A model generated the notes under the pieces. It had not been told where the DNA came from. It worked only from the letters and a program-made list of their open reading frames with translations, and made no database searches. Shown piece by piece: positions 1 through 12,612 of a stretch of 64,000 nucleotides of DNA. The position numbers were made by a program, and so were the translations under genes. This stretch comes from Eledone cirrhosa (lineage: Eukaryota): the NCBI GenBank assembly GCA_964016885.1, contig OZ024743.1, forward strand, positions 193,068,001 to 193,132,000, given 5' to 3'. The first letter of the stretch is position 1. Every line of letters begins with the position of its first letter.

Positions 1-20
1 TGCTCTATCCAGATATGTCA

Positions 21-172
21 TCCTGAGGTCATTTTCTCTTATTATGAATTTTTGGTAATGTTTTGCCATGTCTTTCCTGAGGTCATTTTCTCTTATGGAT
101 TTTTGGTAATGTTTTGCCATGTCTTTCCTGAGGTCATTTTCTCTTATTATGGATTTTTGGTAATGTCTTCAT
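21..172. repeat. Tandem repeat, ~55 bp unit x ~3
   Basis: tcctgaggtcattttctcttat...tttttggtaatg recurs three times. Confidence 0.9.
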
Positions 173-1399
173 GTCTTTGTAAAGAGTTACCTGATCCTTT
201 TAAAATGTCAATAAGTCTTTCAAGGGAATGAACAAGGCTAATTTCGACTGAATCCGACAATAGAGGGGGTTAGCTCCCATGGAATGAGACGGGGGTGGAT
301 GGGGTGAGGAATGCGAGGATGAAGGCTGATAGAATTTTACGAAATCCTTTTTGTATGTGGGTCCTCTGGTCACTCGGTGCATGGCCTTAAAATAATTTAG
401 ATTTAAATCTAAATGGTGACATTCTTTTTAAACAACCATCAATGTTAAATCTACCATCAGATGGGCATGTAAAAGGAATGTATGGACCGCACAGGAATAG
501 GAGGTTGGGAGCGAGCTAAAACAGAGAAATGTATTCTGTGTTTGTGGGGAAATGTATGTAAGATGTTCAGATGAATGTTACAGTGTAAAACTGCAAAAAT
601 AGAACAGTGGTATACTAAAACATTGAAGAGAGGAAATTGAAACTGAAAAAGGAATTCTGAGATGTACCAAAAACGAGGAAGTGTGTGTGAGATATTGAGA
701 TGGATGTAAATTCAATAAAAGTGCAAAAATAAAGCCGTGAGAAATTAAAATATTGAAACTGAAAAAAGAATTTTGGCTTTTTAGCTGCACCATACCTTGC
801 TCAAATGAAACTATTTAGGTTGTGTTTTTTTACAGCTGGACACCCTTTCAAACACCAACCACCTTTACAGTGTGGAACTGGGTGGTCCTGTTATGAGAGG
901 AGTCTGGCTAGTGGCCATATTTGGGAGCTGGGTAGACCCATAATAAGGAAGATCTGGCCAGTTGGCTGCGTTGAACCCGTGTTTTTGGTGGGATTTCTAC
1001 AGCTGCTGGATGCCTTTCCTAACACCAACCATATTTAGCATGGGACTGGGTGGTCACACATATGAGGCAAGTCTGGCCAGTTGGCTGCACCATACATTGT
1101 TCAAATGGAACTGTATTTTGGTTGGTTGGGAATTTTTACAACTGGAAGCCCTTCCTAACACCAACCACATTTACAGTGTGGAGCTGTGTATTTCCATTAT
1201 AGGGAAGGTCTGATCAGACTCTGCCCATAACAGAACTGGAGGAAAAAATATATATAATGTGTTTATGAAACGTGTTATGTGTGATTACGAATAAAATGTT
1301 AAACTGAAACTTTGATCTCTCACATCCTCTCATCCACCCCACCACTCCCATAACAGCTAGTTTGCCTCCAATGTCACCTTCCCCCCACTGCCAGAGTCT

Positions 1400-4300
1400 T
1401 CTCCTCCCCATCTGAATCCTAATTCTAAGTTTGACTCCTCTGATGCTGCCAATTTACCACGAAACAGCACTCTCTGTTCCTGTACCAATTTATATCTAAG
1501 GACAATCACATGTCTCTCACACTATCACAGGAACTGGTTTAGCCTTACTAAGGGTCAATTTGAAAGTTTCTCAAACTGGATGTGTACTCAATGCCACTTC
1601 AGCTCCAATTCACTTTGCAGATCAGAAACTAGCTCTGACGTTCGTATTTCTGTTGATGATTTTGCCACTGCCCTCCAGGGCTTATCTAAGTTGAAACTCA
1701 TTAATAGGATCCCAAAGAGAGTTCAAACCAGTTTCGCCTGTGCTTTCTTGTAGCTCCTGAAGAACGTCTGCCTATCCAATGACATGTTGGATTGGCAGAA
1801 ACTATTCTTGTTTCCATTAGCCTCTCTCCATGTGTCCAACAAGAAATTCAGATCCCTCATATGTTCATTAAAACGGATTGAATCAACCCCAACTACTGCT
1901 CATTTCAGGTTGGTGATCAACTCAGTTCCAATCAATGGACGATCACCAAACTTAAAGAAGGCCATCAATGCCAAATTCAATGAATTTGACATTAAAAGGG
2001 GCTGTTCACCTCCTCTCCTCTTTGTCATCCCTTGCCCAGTGCATTACTGATTCATTCAACCGATTGAGAGTGAAACATCCTCTGGCCCCTCCAGATGACC
2101 ACTTACACAGACCCGATCCACCATGTTAATTGCAACCTGTCTTCACCCCAGCTAACGTCAGGAAGACAATAATATCCTTTTCGGTGGGTTCTGGTGCAGG
2201 GATTGATGGTCTTCAACCTCAAGGATAGTATCACCTTGTTGGCCGGAGACGCTGGTCTAGAGCTCTTGGAGAACCTCAACCATTTTGTCAACCTGTTCTC
2301 ATCCAAGAATGTCCTCCCTTATATTCGCCTCTTGTTCTTTGGGGCTTAACTGTTTGGCCTAACAAAGCCCAACAGTGACCTCTGCTCCATAGCAGTTGGG
2401 TGCAACGGCTCACTGAGAAAGCATGTTTTTGATTTCAGACAGCCTAACCACTGAATTTTCCCCTATTCAGATAGGGTGGGTACCAAGCTGGGTTGTGAGG
2501 CTGCTGTTCACGCCACTAGAGCATTTACCAACTTGCTTTCTGAAACCCCCAAAGTCATCCTCAAGCTGGATCTGAGGAATGATTTCAATTCCATCAGTCA
2601 GAGTGTCATTCTCCGTTTAGTAATGGAGAGGGCCCCACAGTTTTACCACTTTGCTTGGCAAGGCTATTGGGAGCCTCCTACTTCACCTTCAGCAACCATT
2701 TCTTAATATGTGCCATAGGGTCCAACAGGGTGACCCGCTCGGACCTGCTCTTTTCACACTGAGCATTAATGACATCACCAAGATGGGAGGTGACCTGGAT
2801 CTGAATGTCTGGTATCTGGATGATGCTTGGCGGTCCTCCAAACAAGGTCCTTGCAACTGTGAAGATGATGATTGAGGATCTGGGTCATTGGGGGCCTTCA
2901 CATCAACAGTTCCAAATATGAGCTCTGGCTCCTCAACCACCCAGCTTCACATCAGCAGACTGTTGACCTGTTCACAGAGTCCTTCCCCTCAATCACAATT
3001 CCTCCCTCATCAGTGTGGTACTCCCTTGGAGCTCCAATTACAGACCAAGCCTTCAAGCCCATCTTTCTATCTAAGTTGGCTAACCATGAGCAACTTTTTA
3101 AAAACTTTGAAGTCATTGAGCCTTACCAAGGTTTTTTTTATACTTAGGAATTATTTGTCAATCCCTAAGTTGTATTTCCTCAGAGTTAGTCCCTCTTACA
3201 AATTCTTGTCATCTCTCCAACACTTCAACGACCCCATATTCAGTGAACTTGAGGGTTTGGTCAATGTCCAATTCTCTCCAGAGTTCCGCAACAAAGGTGC
3301 CTTGCCCAAATGGTTTTGAGGTCTCTGCTGGTACAAATGCACATCTTTGTCCCTACCTTGCTTTCTTTCCTCCATCCACACTTTCTCCCCTTTAGTGGGC
3401 GACATCCTCTCCTTCACAACTTGGATGAAGCTTTACTAGTGGGGAGAGCTGGGTTTGTCAGTCCCAGTTACTGATGAGGATAGACGGAAGCAGAGAGTAT
3501 GGGATAATCTGTGTTCGAGGGAAAACTCTCTCTGATCTTTCCAATCAATATAGAAACTTATCTTATATGAAGTCCTCATACCAATCGTACAGTTTTAACA
3601 TATAGAAAATCCCAGCGTTTAGCACATGCTGTGGGTAAAGAAGTGCCAAGAAATGCCAGTAGAAGGAAGACGCAGTAGAGAAAGACCACAAAAAACATGG
3701 GCGGAGGTGGTGAGAGTAGATCTCGGATAGCTGAAGCTCATGGAGGAGATGACGAAGGACCGTGACAAGTGGAGAGATGCTGTGCTGAATAGGATCTGTC
3801 CCACCCTTGCAAGCAGGGAAAAGCGGACGTAAAATGATGATGATGATGTTCTAGGTGCCACTTACTTTCTACAAGTGTAAAGTTCTCGGCATACTGGATT
3901 GATGTCCACCAATGTCCACATTGGTGGCCTTCTTAGTCAGGACGAGCTCCGCATTTCCATTGCACACCGAGTGGGAGCCAACATCTGCTGGGGTTCTGAG
4001 ATGTCGCTGTGGTAGGCCCCATGATTCTACAGGAGATCCATGGTTTGTCCTGCCACCTGAATGCTGGTCGTTTTGCCCATCACATTGAGTTAAACCTGAT
4101 CATTAAGCGGGCCCTACCACAGATAAATACCCCCTCAATTCTGGAGTCAGTTGAATTATCCAGAAGTGATAGGAAGAAACCAGCCGGCCTTACCCTTTGT
4201 CCGTGGGTAAGAGGTTGGTGTCTCATCTGGGACTTCACAGTCAGTGACTCTTTTGCCCCCTCCCATATCACGGACGCCACGGTAAATATGGGGGTCACTT

Positions 4301-4720
4301 CTTCCGTTGCCGAATGGAATAAAATTCAGAAATACCTGAATTTATCTAGTAATTATTTTTTTCCAGCCTGTAGCGTCTGATACGTTTGGTGGACTTGGGC
4401 TGCTAACAGCAAAGTTCTTGTCAGCACTGGCGTCTCGCCTAACTGAGGTGTCAGGTGATGCGTGTGAGGGTGCCTGGTTGTTTCAGCGCCTTAGCCTCGC
4501 CATCACCCATGGCAATGCTGCAAGCGTATTAGCTTGCTTCGAAGTGTTTAGTTAACCTTTATGATGTGATGTGCGGCCGATTGTCGCACTTGGTGGTGAA
4601 TTGATGGTCGTTTTTGTTACCCCTCTCTTTTATGCGTTTTATTTTTGTTTATCAACATTATATTTGTAGTGTTATCTAAATTCAATAAACCTTAATTTGA
4701 TTATATTAATCTTAATATAT
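1400..4720 (+). mobile_element. Decayed CRE-like non-LTR retrotransposon (RT plus restriction-like endonuclease), interrupted by an RTE tail
   Basis: Broken frames encode RIPK..ND..WQKLFLFP, GCEAAVHATR, KLDLRNDFNSI, QQGDPLGPALF, WYLDD, HGLSC..GRFAHH, RSDRKKPAGLTLCPW..LIWDFTV and FQRLSLAI.GNAASVL; AATAAA and (TA)n follow. Boundaries approximate. Confidence 0.82.
3620..3848 (+). mobile_element. RTE LINE 3' fragment nested in the CRE-like element
   Basis: RERPQKTWAEVV..D..KWRDAV-type C-terminus and (GAT)n tail. Confidence 0.8.
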
Positions 4721-6607
4721 ATATAATTTCGGAATTCGTTCCCGTTCATTTTCCGGATTGGCATTAAACTGGGGCTGGAAGCAGCTGTCCAAAGAATCCT
4801 TTCCTAATTTAGGATGGTATGACGTGACTTGAAAGAAATTTGGCTGCTATTTCTAACAGGTCAAACAACCGCCTGGAGGTTTTTCACATATTCGTCATTG
4901 TTATTGGTTTCAGCCAAAAATGTTCTTGTTGAAATTAATAATTTTTACAGGATAGGTGAGATTCTAAAAAGAAAAGGTTCAAACAAAATTACCATTGAAA
5001 TCAAAAAGTTCAGCATTACACATTAGTCTTTTGTGTTGGGTCAACAAAACAATTAATATTAAATGAAGATCACAACAACAAACGAATTCGATGCAATTCT
5101 ACGAGGAAAGATTTTAGTTGTCCAGCATAGAAAACACTTTATAAATAAAATAGGACACTTTGTAGAATAATTATTTCAATGATTTTTTCCCTTTCCTTTT
5201 CAGTTTTTTCTTCGTCCTTCTTATTAGAATTTTAAAAAAAAGTATAAAGAGTATTTTATTAAGTTTTAAATATATACATAAATAACATTACAAATATAAT
5301 GTCGTTGATAATCACATATAACAAATACAATTAACCACAGCTAGGAACCTCACAAAAACAATGCACCAAAATATATGACAAGGGCGAAAGAAAGAACAGA
5401 AAAAAAATTAGATATGTTGTCTTTTCTCGCTTTGATTGTATACTTTTGTATATTATATCTATAAAGTTCCATGAATTCTATTTTCATGTGAAACACCATG
5501 ACAATAATACATTCTCCTTCGTTGGTCTCATTTTTTTTTTGTAGATAGCAACACGTTGTGTGTGTCGCTGTTGACTGTAGCAAAGCTCCAGGAAAACACG
5601 TCTATACGAGACGGGTTTGAAAAGTATCTGAAGTCATTTTTTTATATATACATGAACCGTTTAGTAGATTTTGTTAACAAAGATGAAACTTTCGTTACAT
5701 ATACAAATTTTATTTAAAGATGAAAAACAATGCGTTTTCAGTTATATAATGCAATTTTCATTTGTAATGAAATTTTTATCCTGCAAATAAAAATACTTAA
5801 GGCTTCGTGTATATTTTAAAAGCATGTGTATTACAAAAAACAAAGCATTTAGTAGATTTAGAAGTATCCCCACTTAAACGAAATTTATTCGTTTCAGTAA
5901 TTCAAGAAAGCCAAGTTACTTTTTTGCCTTCCTCGTTTTCATTTTTAATTACGAACGTAAACATCAAGACAACCCAGTTAATGGGTTTTCTTCATCCCAC
6001 TGTAAAATACGAATACGGGTTATAAGCTGGTGGGGAATAACGTTCACCTACGATCTATATTTTTGTCATTGTCTCATAATACTGCCACCCACCCATCGAT
6101 ACATCGTGATGCAACTTGTGTGTGCACTGCTATCCCAGAACAACTGTCATAATATTTCCTAACATGGGGTAGAACAATTAGTTTCCCCTCTATGTATTAT
6201 ATAATGATGAATTCATCGGCTTTGGTAGAAATACAGCTCTCTCCTAACAACAATAGAATATATGCTTCTGATCATCTCTCTATCGTATATGTGTGTGCGT
6301 ACGAGTGTTGTTTGTGCAGATGTGTCCACGCACGCATATTTTATTAAATTATAAAATTACATGTATTTAGATTTGTTTTATTGACCTTGCTTATTAAAAA
6401 AGAAACATTGTCCTGTGTCAGTTTAATTTCGTTTCGTTCCTTTTTGCTCTGTTAATTATTTACCTCCACCACCGGTTTTAACATAATCCACACCCAACAC
6501 CGTTTCTCACTCCTACACTCCTAGTAGCTCGTTCCACAAGATTGTGTGAGTAAGTGACTACGACTGGCCGTTCTGGTTATTTTTCTTATCTTGACCGAAC
6601 TGCCATC

Positions 6608-6646
6608 ATGCTCGCCTTACAGTGTGCATCAAAAGGAATCAGCCAG
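6608..6646 (+). CDS. PDHA1: PDHA1 coding exon 1 ([13 protein letters not shown], start of mitochondrial transit peptide)
   Basis: ATG in gccatcATG context; donor CAG|gttggt at phase 0 matches exon 2. The transit peptide is poorly conserved, so this exon is less certain than the others. Confidence 0.7.
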
Positions 6647-9600
6647 GTTGGTTAAATATTACTCAGTCAGTTAATATACCAGTGAATAGTATTTCCTTGT
6701 CCAAGGTCAATTTGTGACAAGCCCTTCTCACATCGTCTTAGTTATTGATTGTATTTAATGTTTTAGACTGTAGATATATATTTGTAATTTTAAAGTTCGA
6801 ATAAGTGTGTATTAGCTAATTCTTTCCGAATAATTGTTTCTTTTTTCTTTAATAGTTTATGATTTTTTTTTTTAAATGATGTTTAAATGAGCCGGTGTTT
6901 TGTTTACAAATGTTTGCCCCTATTCACCTCTAAACACTCAGCATTGCTGTCACAGTTTTTATTTATATCTATAATTATATAACATCCTATTTTTTAATAT
7001 TCATAAATCAAATGATCATAAAAGAAATCTTCCACACACTTTTTTCTTGTCTAATTAAATGATTAACTTCTGCACAACCTGTTAATTACTCTTATGATGT
7101 CTCTAAGAACGTTTCAACACTTATTTGAAATGACCTCCAGCTTCCCACAAGTTACCTATTAAAATGCAATCTTGCTTTGTAATGAAAATAATTTTACTTT
7201 GAATGACTTGTATTTTTAGAATATTAAAAGCTACTTAGCTTATAACTATATCTATTGATTTATTATATAAATATACAAATGATCTTATTTGCCAAACCGA
7301 CGTACAAACGCACCGATAATGGCAGTAATGTGATTAGTGATACTTTGGTAAAGGAGAAATGTTTTAGTTTTTCTTAAGAACTGTAATATTCCTTCTCTTA
7401 GCCCTTATTTCATGTAGGACTCGTCGGGGTGCCATACTGATATACGGTGGATCAAAACCGGATCGCATGTTCGTCGTGACAATTAATGTGACGATACTTT
7501 GCTTTACCAGTTACCTGAATAACAATCTTTAAAGATGATATAAAATGAATGAATGTAAATATATAGTCCCGTTTGATTAAAGATTCAAATCTATTTTAGT
7601 ATGTTTTATTTACAAGTTTTGTTATATTTGACCATTGTCTCTTAACGCAATTAACTCAGTCGACTAAGTTAAAATATTATCAGGATTCAAAAGAAATCGA
7701 TATCTGTTAGATTCTACTGTTTGATATTATTAGTGATTTGTAATATAGGAATCAGTTTCCAAACAGATGTGGAAATATTTTATGATGCTTATGACTTTCC
7801 CAAGGACGTTCTAATTATTATGATTAATTTAGAACAGACAACTTTTACTGCTCTAATTAACATTTTCATAGGGCTAGGAAGCGATAAATAAAATGCTACA
7901 ATAATCTTCAAAGTATTCATTTTAACTCATTTTCTCCAAAAGCTTTACAACTCTCCAAAATCATATCTGTACCCTCTTATTATTTCAAACCCCGCTGAGG
8001 TTGACTTTGCCTTTCATCCTTACGGGGTCGATAAAATAAAGTACCAGTAATACACTGGGTAATTGCTGGCCTTGTGCCAAAAAGTAGAAACAATTATTTT
8101 CTAAATCGAGTCTAACCACCTGTTGTAACTTGTTTGCTTACACCTATTTACACTGTGTCTATAAATTAGGTAACATGGAATAATTTAATTTCTTGTCAGC
8201 ATCCGTCTCACTGATCATTTTCTGTCCATTTCAGTTAAAATAACTTTGATTGTGGCCGATTTCTTTTAATATTTTACTGTTTTCAGACATTGGACTGAAG
8301 TTTAGTCAATTATATCGAGCTCAGCAGAATTCGATTTTGAACCCAGAAGATAAAGTGACATAACCAAATATTACAAACTATCTTCTTTGATCGATTCATA
8401 TTTATTTGTTAATGAAGACTTTGCTTTCTATCTATGAACACTTACCACGGTACTTTGGATCCTGTTATCTTGAATACAAAGTGTCTAACACGAATGTCAG
8501 TTGCATATTTGGCACTCTTTTCAGTCATCTGGATGTGACACTGCTATAGGGTTTATCGCAGCTTTACACAACGAAAGAGCATGATGTTAATGCTGCAATG
8601 TAGGTTCATCTGGGAGTGCTGTTTGAAAGTGTTAACATCTGCTCCATGTATATTCCTTTGAAACCCAGGGTATAGCAATACATAGTTCTGTAGCGAAAGA
8701 AATGTTTTCCCACAGTGTTTTTTCCCTTATGGCCATAACCACCAAAGGAGTGAACTGTGACCTCGAGAGAAGATAATAAATAAATTTCCCCCATGGAAAT
8801 ACTGCCAATTGTATGAAAGGAGAACATTTTCTAAGGCTGTCTGTTATCAGTAAAGTAACTAGTGGTCATTATATCTGTCAGTTCTCTGCCTCATCCACAG
8901 CCTATCCATATAACAGTTTACTACCACCTCTGCAGGCAACATAACTGTCTGACTACAACTTATCACTTTTTGAGGAAAATCCCATGGTTAATAAAGAAAC
9001 TCTTGCACAACACAGAAGCTTTATTGAACACTATAATCAATGATTGCATTTACGATTCAGTGTAGTTGCTTTTTTTTAGGTGAAGTAAAGCTATACATTA
9101 AACCAGAATTGTTGGTATTTGTTGTGTTCGTCATTTCTTCCACAACAAATAAACTTTACTTCAGTTCTTACTCAGAAACAATAAGGGTAGAAGTTTTGGC
9201 ATTGGACTAGTCATAAAAAGGTTCCATTTCTCACAGTTGTTCAGTTGGTGCATGGAAACAATCTTATTAGTGTAGGACCATTAGATTGTTTTCTATTCCA
9301 TAGTCATCCAAATCATAGTTGGAAGTAATAATCTAAGTAACCGAGAACAGCATCTTGTACAGAGCCAGCTTGATTTCCTTTTCTCTTGTAAATATTCTCA
9401 AAATCTATCCTGTGCATAGAAATATAATATAATTCTCTATTATAATAGCAATTCACAAAAAGGAAAAAAAAAATGAATATTAAAAACCATTAAAGTTATT
9501 ATATGCCTATCAATTTAGAGATTTAATTCTCATAATGCTAATTACAAAAAATAGCCAACACTGAATTACTGTTGTAGCCTTTTTTAATAAGTGGATTCAA

Positions 9601-12564
9601 ACTGAACTAATTAATAGAATCAGCACTAAACTGTTGACAAATATAATGTAGTGGCCAGTGGTATAGTTAGCCTAATGTAACAATGTAGTGGTCAGTAGTT
9701 TAGTTAGCTCTTTGATATCTGGTCCAATCAAAATGAATAGTTTAAAATATAAAATGCTATTAACAGAGAATGTCTGCACTCTTGCAACTAGCTGCTCTTT
9801 AAGTATTTTGTTTATAAAATGAACTCCAAATGTATTTATACTTTTTCCCACTCTTTTGAATCACAAAATTACAGTCATAGAAGCTTATATTGGGGGAAAT
9901 ATGCAAAAAAAAACAAAACAACAATATAGATTTCACAATATAATGAAGATTAGATTAAGTAAAACTTCTGACCTTCCCATGATTAGGAACTAATGGTGAA
10001 AGCAGATTGGCCAATGTCAAGGGCATATCTTTTACCCATCTCATGAAAGTAGAAGAGGGTGTTGTAGAAGAAGCAATGAAGTTTAAAGATGATCTGTGAT
10101 GCAATTGGTTGAAATAAATTATAAAGGTCAAGTGACACATGACCGTGACCTCTGGCATCATGCAGTAATACAGAAGACCCCCCCCCCCACGGGTGAAGCA
10201 TATAGACAATATGCCCCCACACCCTCCCACTACAAAGTGGTCGTGGAGGTGCCACGGCAAAAAAGCACCCAGCCCACACTGTAAAGTAGACGTGTAGGCG
10301 CCACAGAAAAAAGCACCCAGCACTCACTGTAAATGAGGTTGGTGTTAGGAAAGGCATCCAGCTGTAGAAATCAAGCCAGAATCAGTTCCCGTATGAGCAA
10401 GGCATGGTCAGCCGACCGGCTACTGCCCACAACAGGACAACCTGTCTAACCCATGCTAGCGTGGAAGATCGGACGTAAAACGGTGATGATGATGAAAGAA
10501 TGTAAGCTAAAACGCTATTATGTATCATCGTCATACAACTATTTTCTATGCCTTTATTGATTAGACAGGTTATCACATTCTGAGGCTACACAGTCAGATG
10601 ACCACATCTTGCGCATACATTCTATTCTTAGCTTAGTTACTATGGCTGAATGCCTTTCATAATGCCAACCACTTTACTGCATGTACTGGAGGCATTTTAT
10701 AGTGGTACCAGCACTACCACTTTATATACAATGTAGACTAGGTGTGTTTTATCATGACTCTAACATGACATGGCTACTTTACGAAGTGGGCTGGTTGTAT
10801 TTTATTGTAGTACCATCACTACTTCATTACATTATTAAGGCATTTGTATCCTCAACCCAGCTGGGGAAATCAGTGATGGGAATGGTGGGAAGGAAAGAGG
10901 GACATGCTACATGTTACTTACCTAAGGAGTTGCTTGCTAATGTATTTTTGGTAACAACAAGCTGGTGAAGAGGAAGATGTATACGATTGAAAGTGTATAT
11001 TCTTAGTTTTACATGTTTCTTTTTATCTTGCTGGAGAATAGCTACAAAGGTGTTCTGAAAAATTTACCCAAATTAAATTACTGCCCTTAAACAAGTGGAA
11101 CTTTCTCTTTTATCACCTTCATTCTATAGAACATAGAGCTAAGCCAAGGCTGGACTTGGTAGCACGTCAACCTGATTAGACACTGCAAGCAGGAAAGGGT
11201 GAGGGCAGTTTGTATAGGGAGAGGTGTGAGCTTTGGTTGAGGAGAAGCAAGCAACCAGATTTGTGGCATTGTGAAAGCAAGGTCCTTGGATGAAGTGGAA
11301 ACAAGCAGCAGAGCAAAACATCAGTTGGCAGGACATCTGGAAGTGGAATTCACAAAAGACCAAGTTCTTGATTCCAAGGGACTGTAATACCCTGTCTAAC
11401 CTGCTCCAAAGCAGTGCATCAGTCAGTACTCTAAGCACCTTGTTATGCTTCCATGTATATCTGATCTTCAGGCCAGGTGGGCAACTGAACAGTATGTGTT
11501 TCATCATTCCAGCCTTCCCACATTTGCAAAGGCTACTTTCTTCTATGTTCTGTTTTAGATTTGTGGAACTAGGAAGTATATCATAGAGCAAACCAGAAAA
11601 CTGGTTCAGGCTAGCTCCCATGACCACAATTCCTTCCATCCAATCTTCCACTCAACTACAAACTCCTCCCAAAACACAAAATCAGTCTCTGATGGCTGCA
11701 TTGCATCAAGGCCACACAGTGACTTCTCATTTCCTCCCTCTTTACCTGGTAGACTACCGCAACCCTTCTCTCCTTCTGATTCATGGTGTAGCATGATTGA
11801 AATTGGGAATTTCCTAGGCCCTTTTTATTGCTCTGCACAGGACCTGCTATATCTTCACATCCTAGGGAGGCCGCAAAGTACTCCATTACGTCTGATGCCA
11901 TCTGCTTTCTTTTAATCATGAGTCCTGATGGGGAGGAACAAATGACTTGGTCATTTAAATGGTGCTGTGTCACCACGGTTCGCACTTTACCACACTTGTA
12001 CTGCTTGACTGGGACAGGTAATTCTATTGGACCACCTTTCTTCTACAAAGCTGCACATGCAAATGTTTGTGGTAATCCTAGACACTTTCTGATATATTTC
12101 ATACAACATCAGTTGCTGCTGCAGTCTGGGGGTAAAGTGCAAACTGCATGCACCAGAGTTTGAAGTGCCTGGCAGTAATGTTTTATCTATCGCTGAAAGT
12201 CCAGCCTCACCCATCTTCTGGATTCTTAGTCCTTCGCTTCTATCATTAAGTGACCCATAGTACAACCTCCTTATACTATTTACAGACTTCTCTGCAATTG
12301 TTGGCATGACCTCGCTAGCAACCTCATACTTCAGTGTTTTTGTTTAAATAACAAAACAACCGATACAGTACATTGAAGTAATATATTAGTTTAATGCTTG
12401 AAATAGCAGGAAGAAGGTCTTAACGTTTCGGACGCTAGTCCTTCATCAGAAAAAAGAATGAGAAATTAAAGAAATAGAAAAATTGAGATGGACAGGTTAG
12501 AATCTGAAAAAAATTTTTTAGAGAAAAATAACAGGTCTTTTCATGTTGCCATCTCTTGGAAAAA

Positions 12565-12612
<48 letters not shown>

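Noticed and set aside
3471-3495. Other CTGATGA heptamers (3471, 14768, 34977, 52840, 52971) as hammerheads
   Set aside because: None is followed by a stem II hairpin and GAAA.
4829-6025. Short ORFs upstream of PDHA1 as a divergent gene
   Set aside because: No recognisable motifs; low-complexity AT-rich translations.
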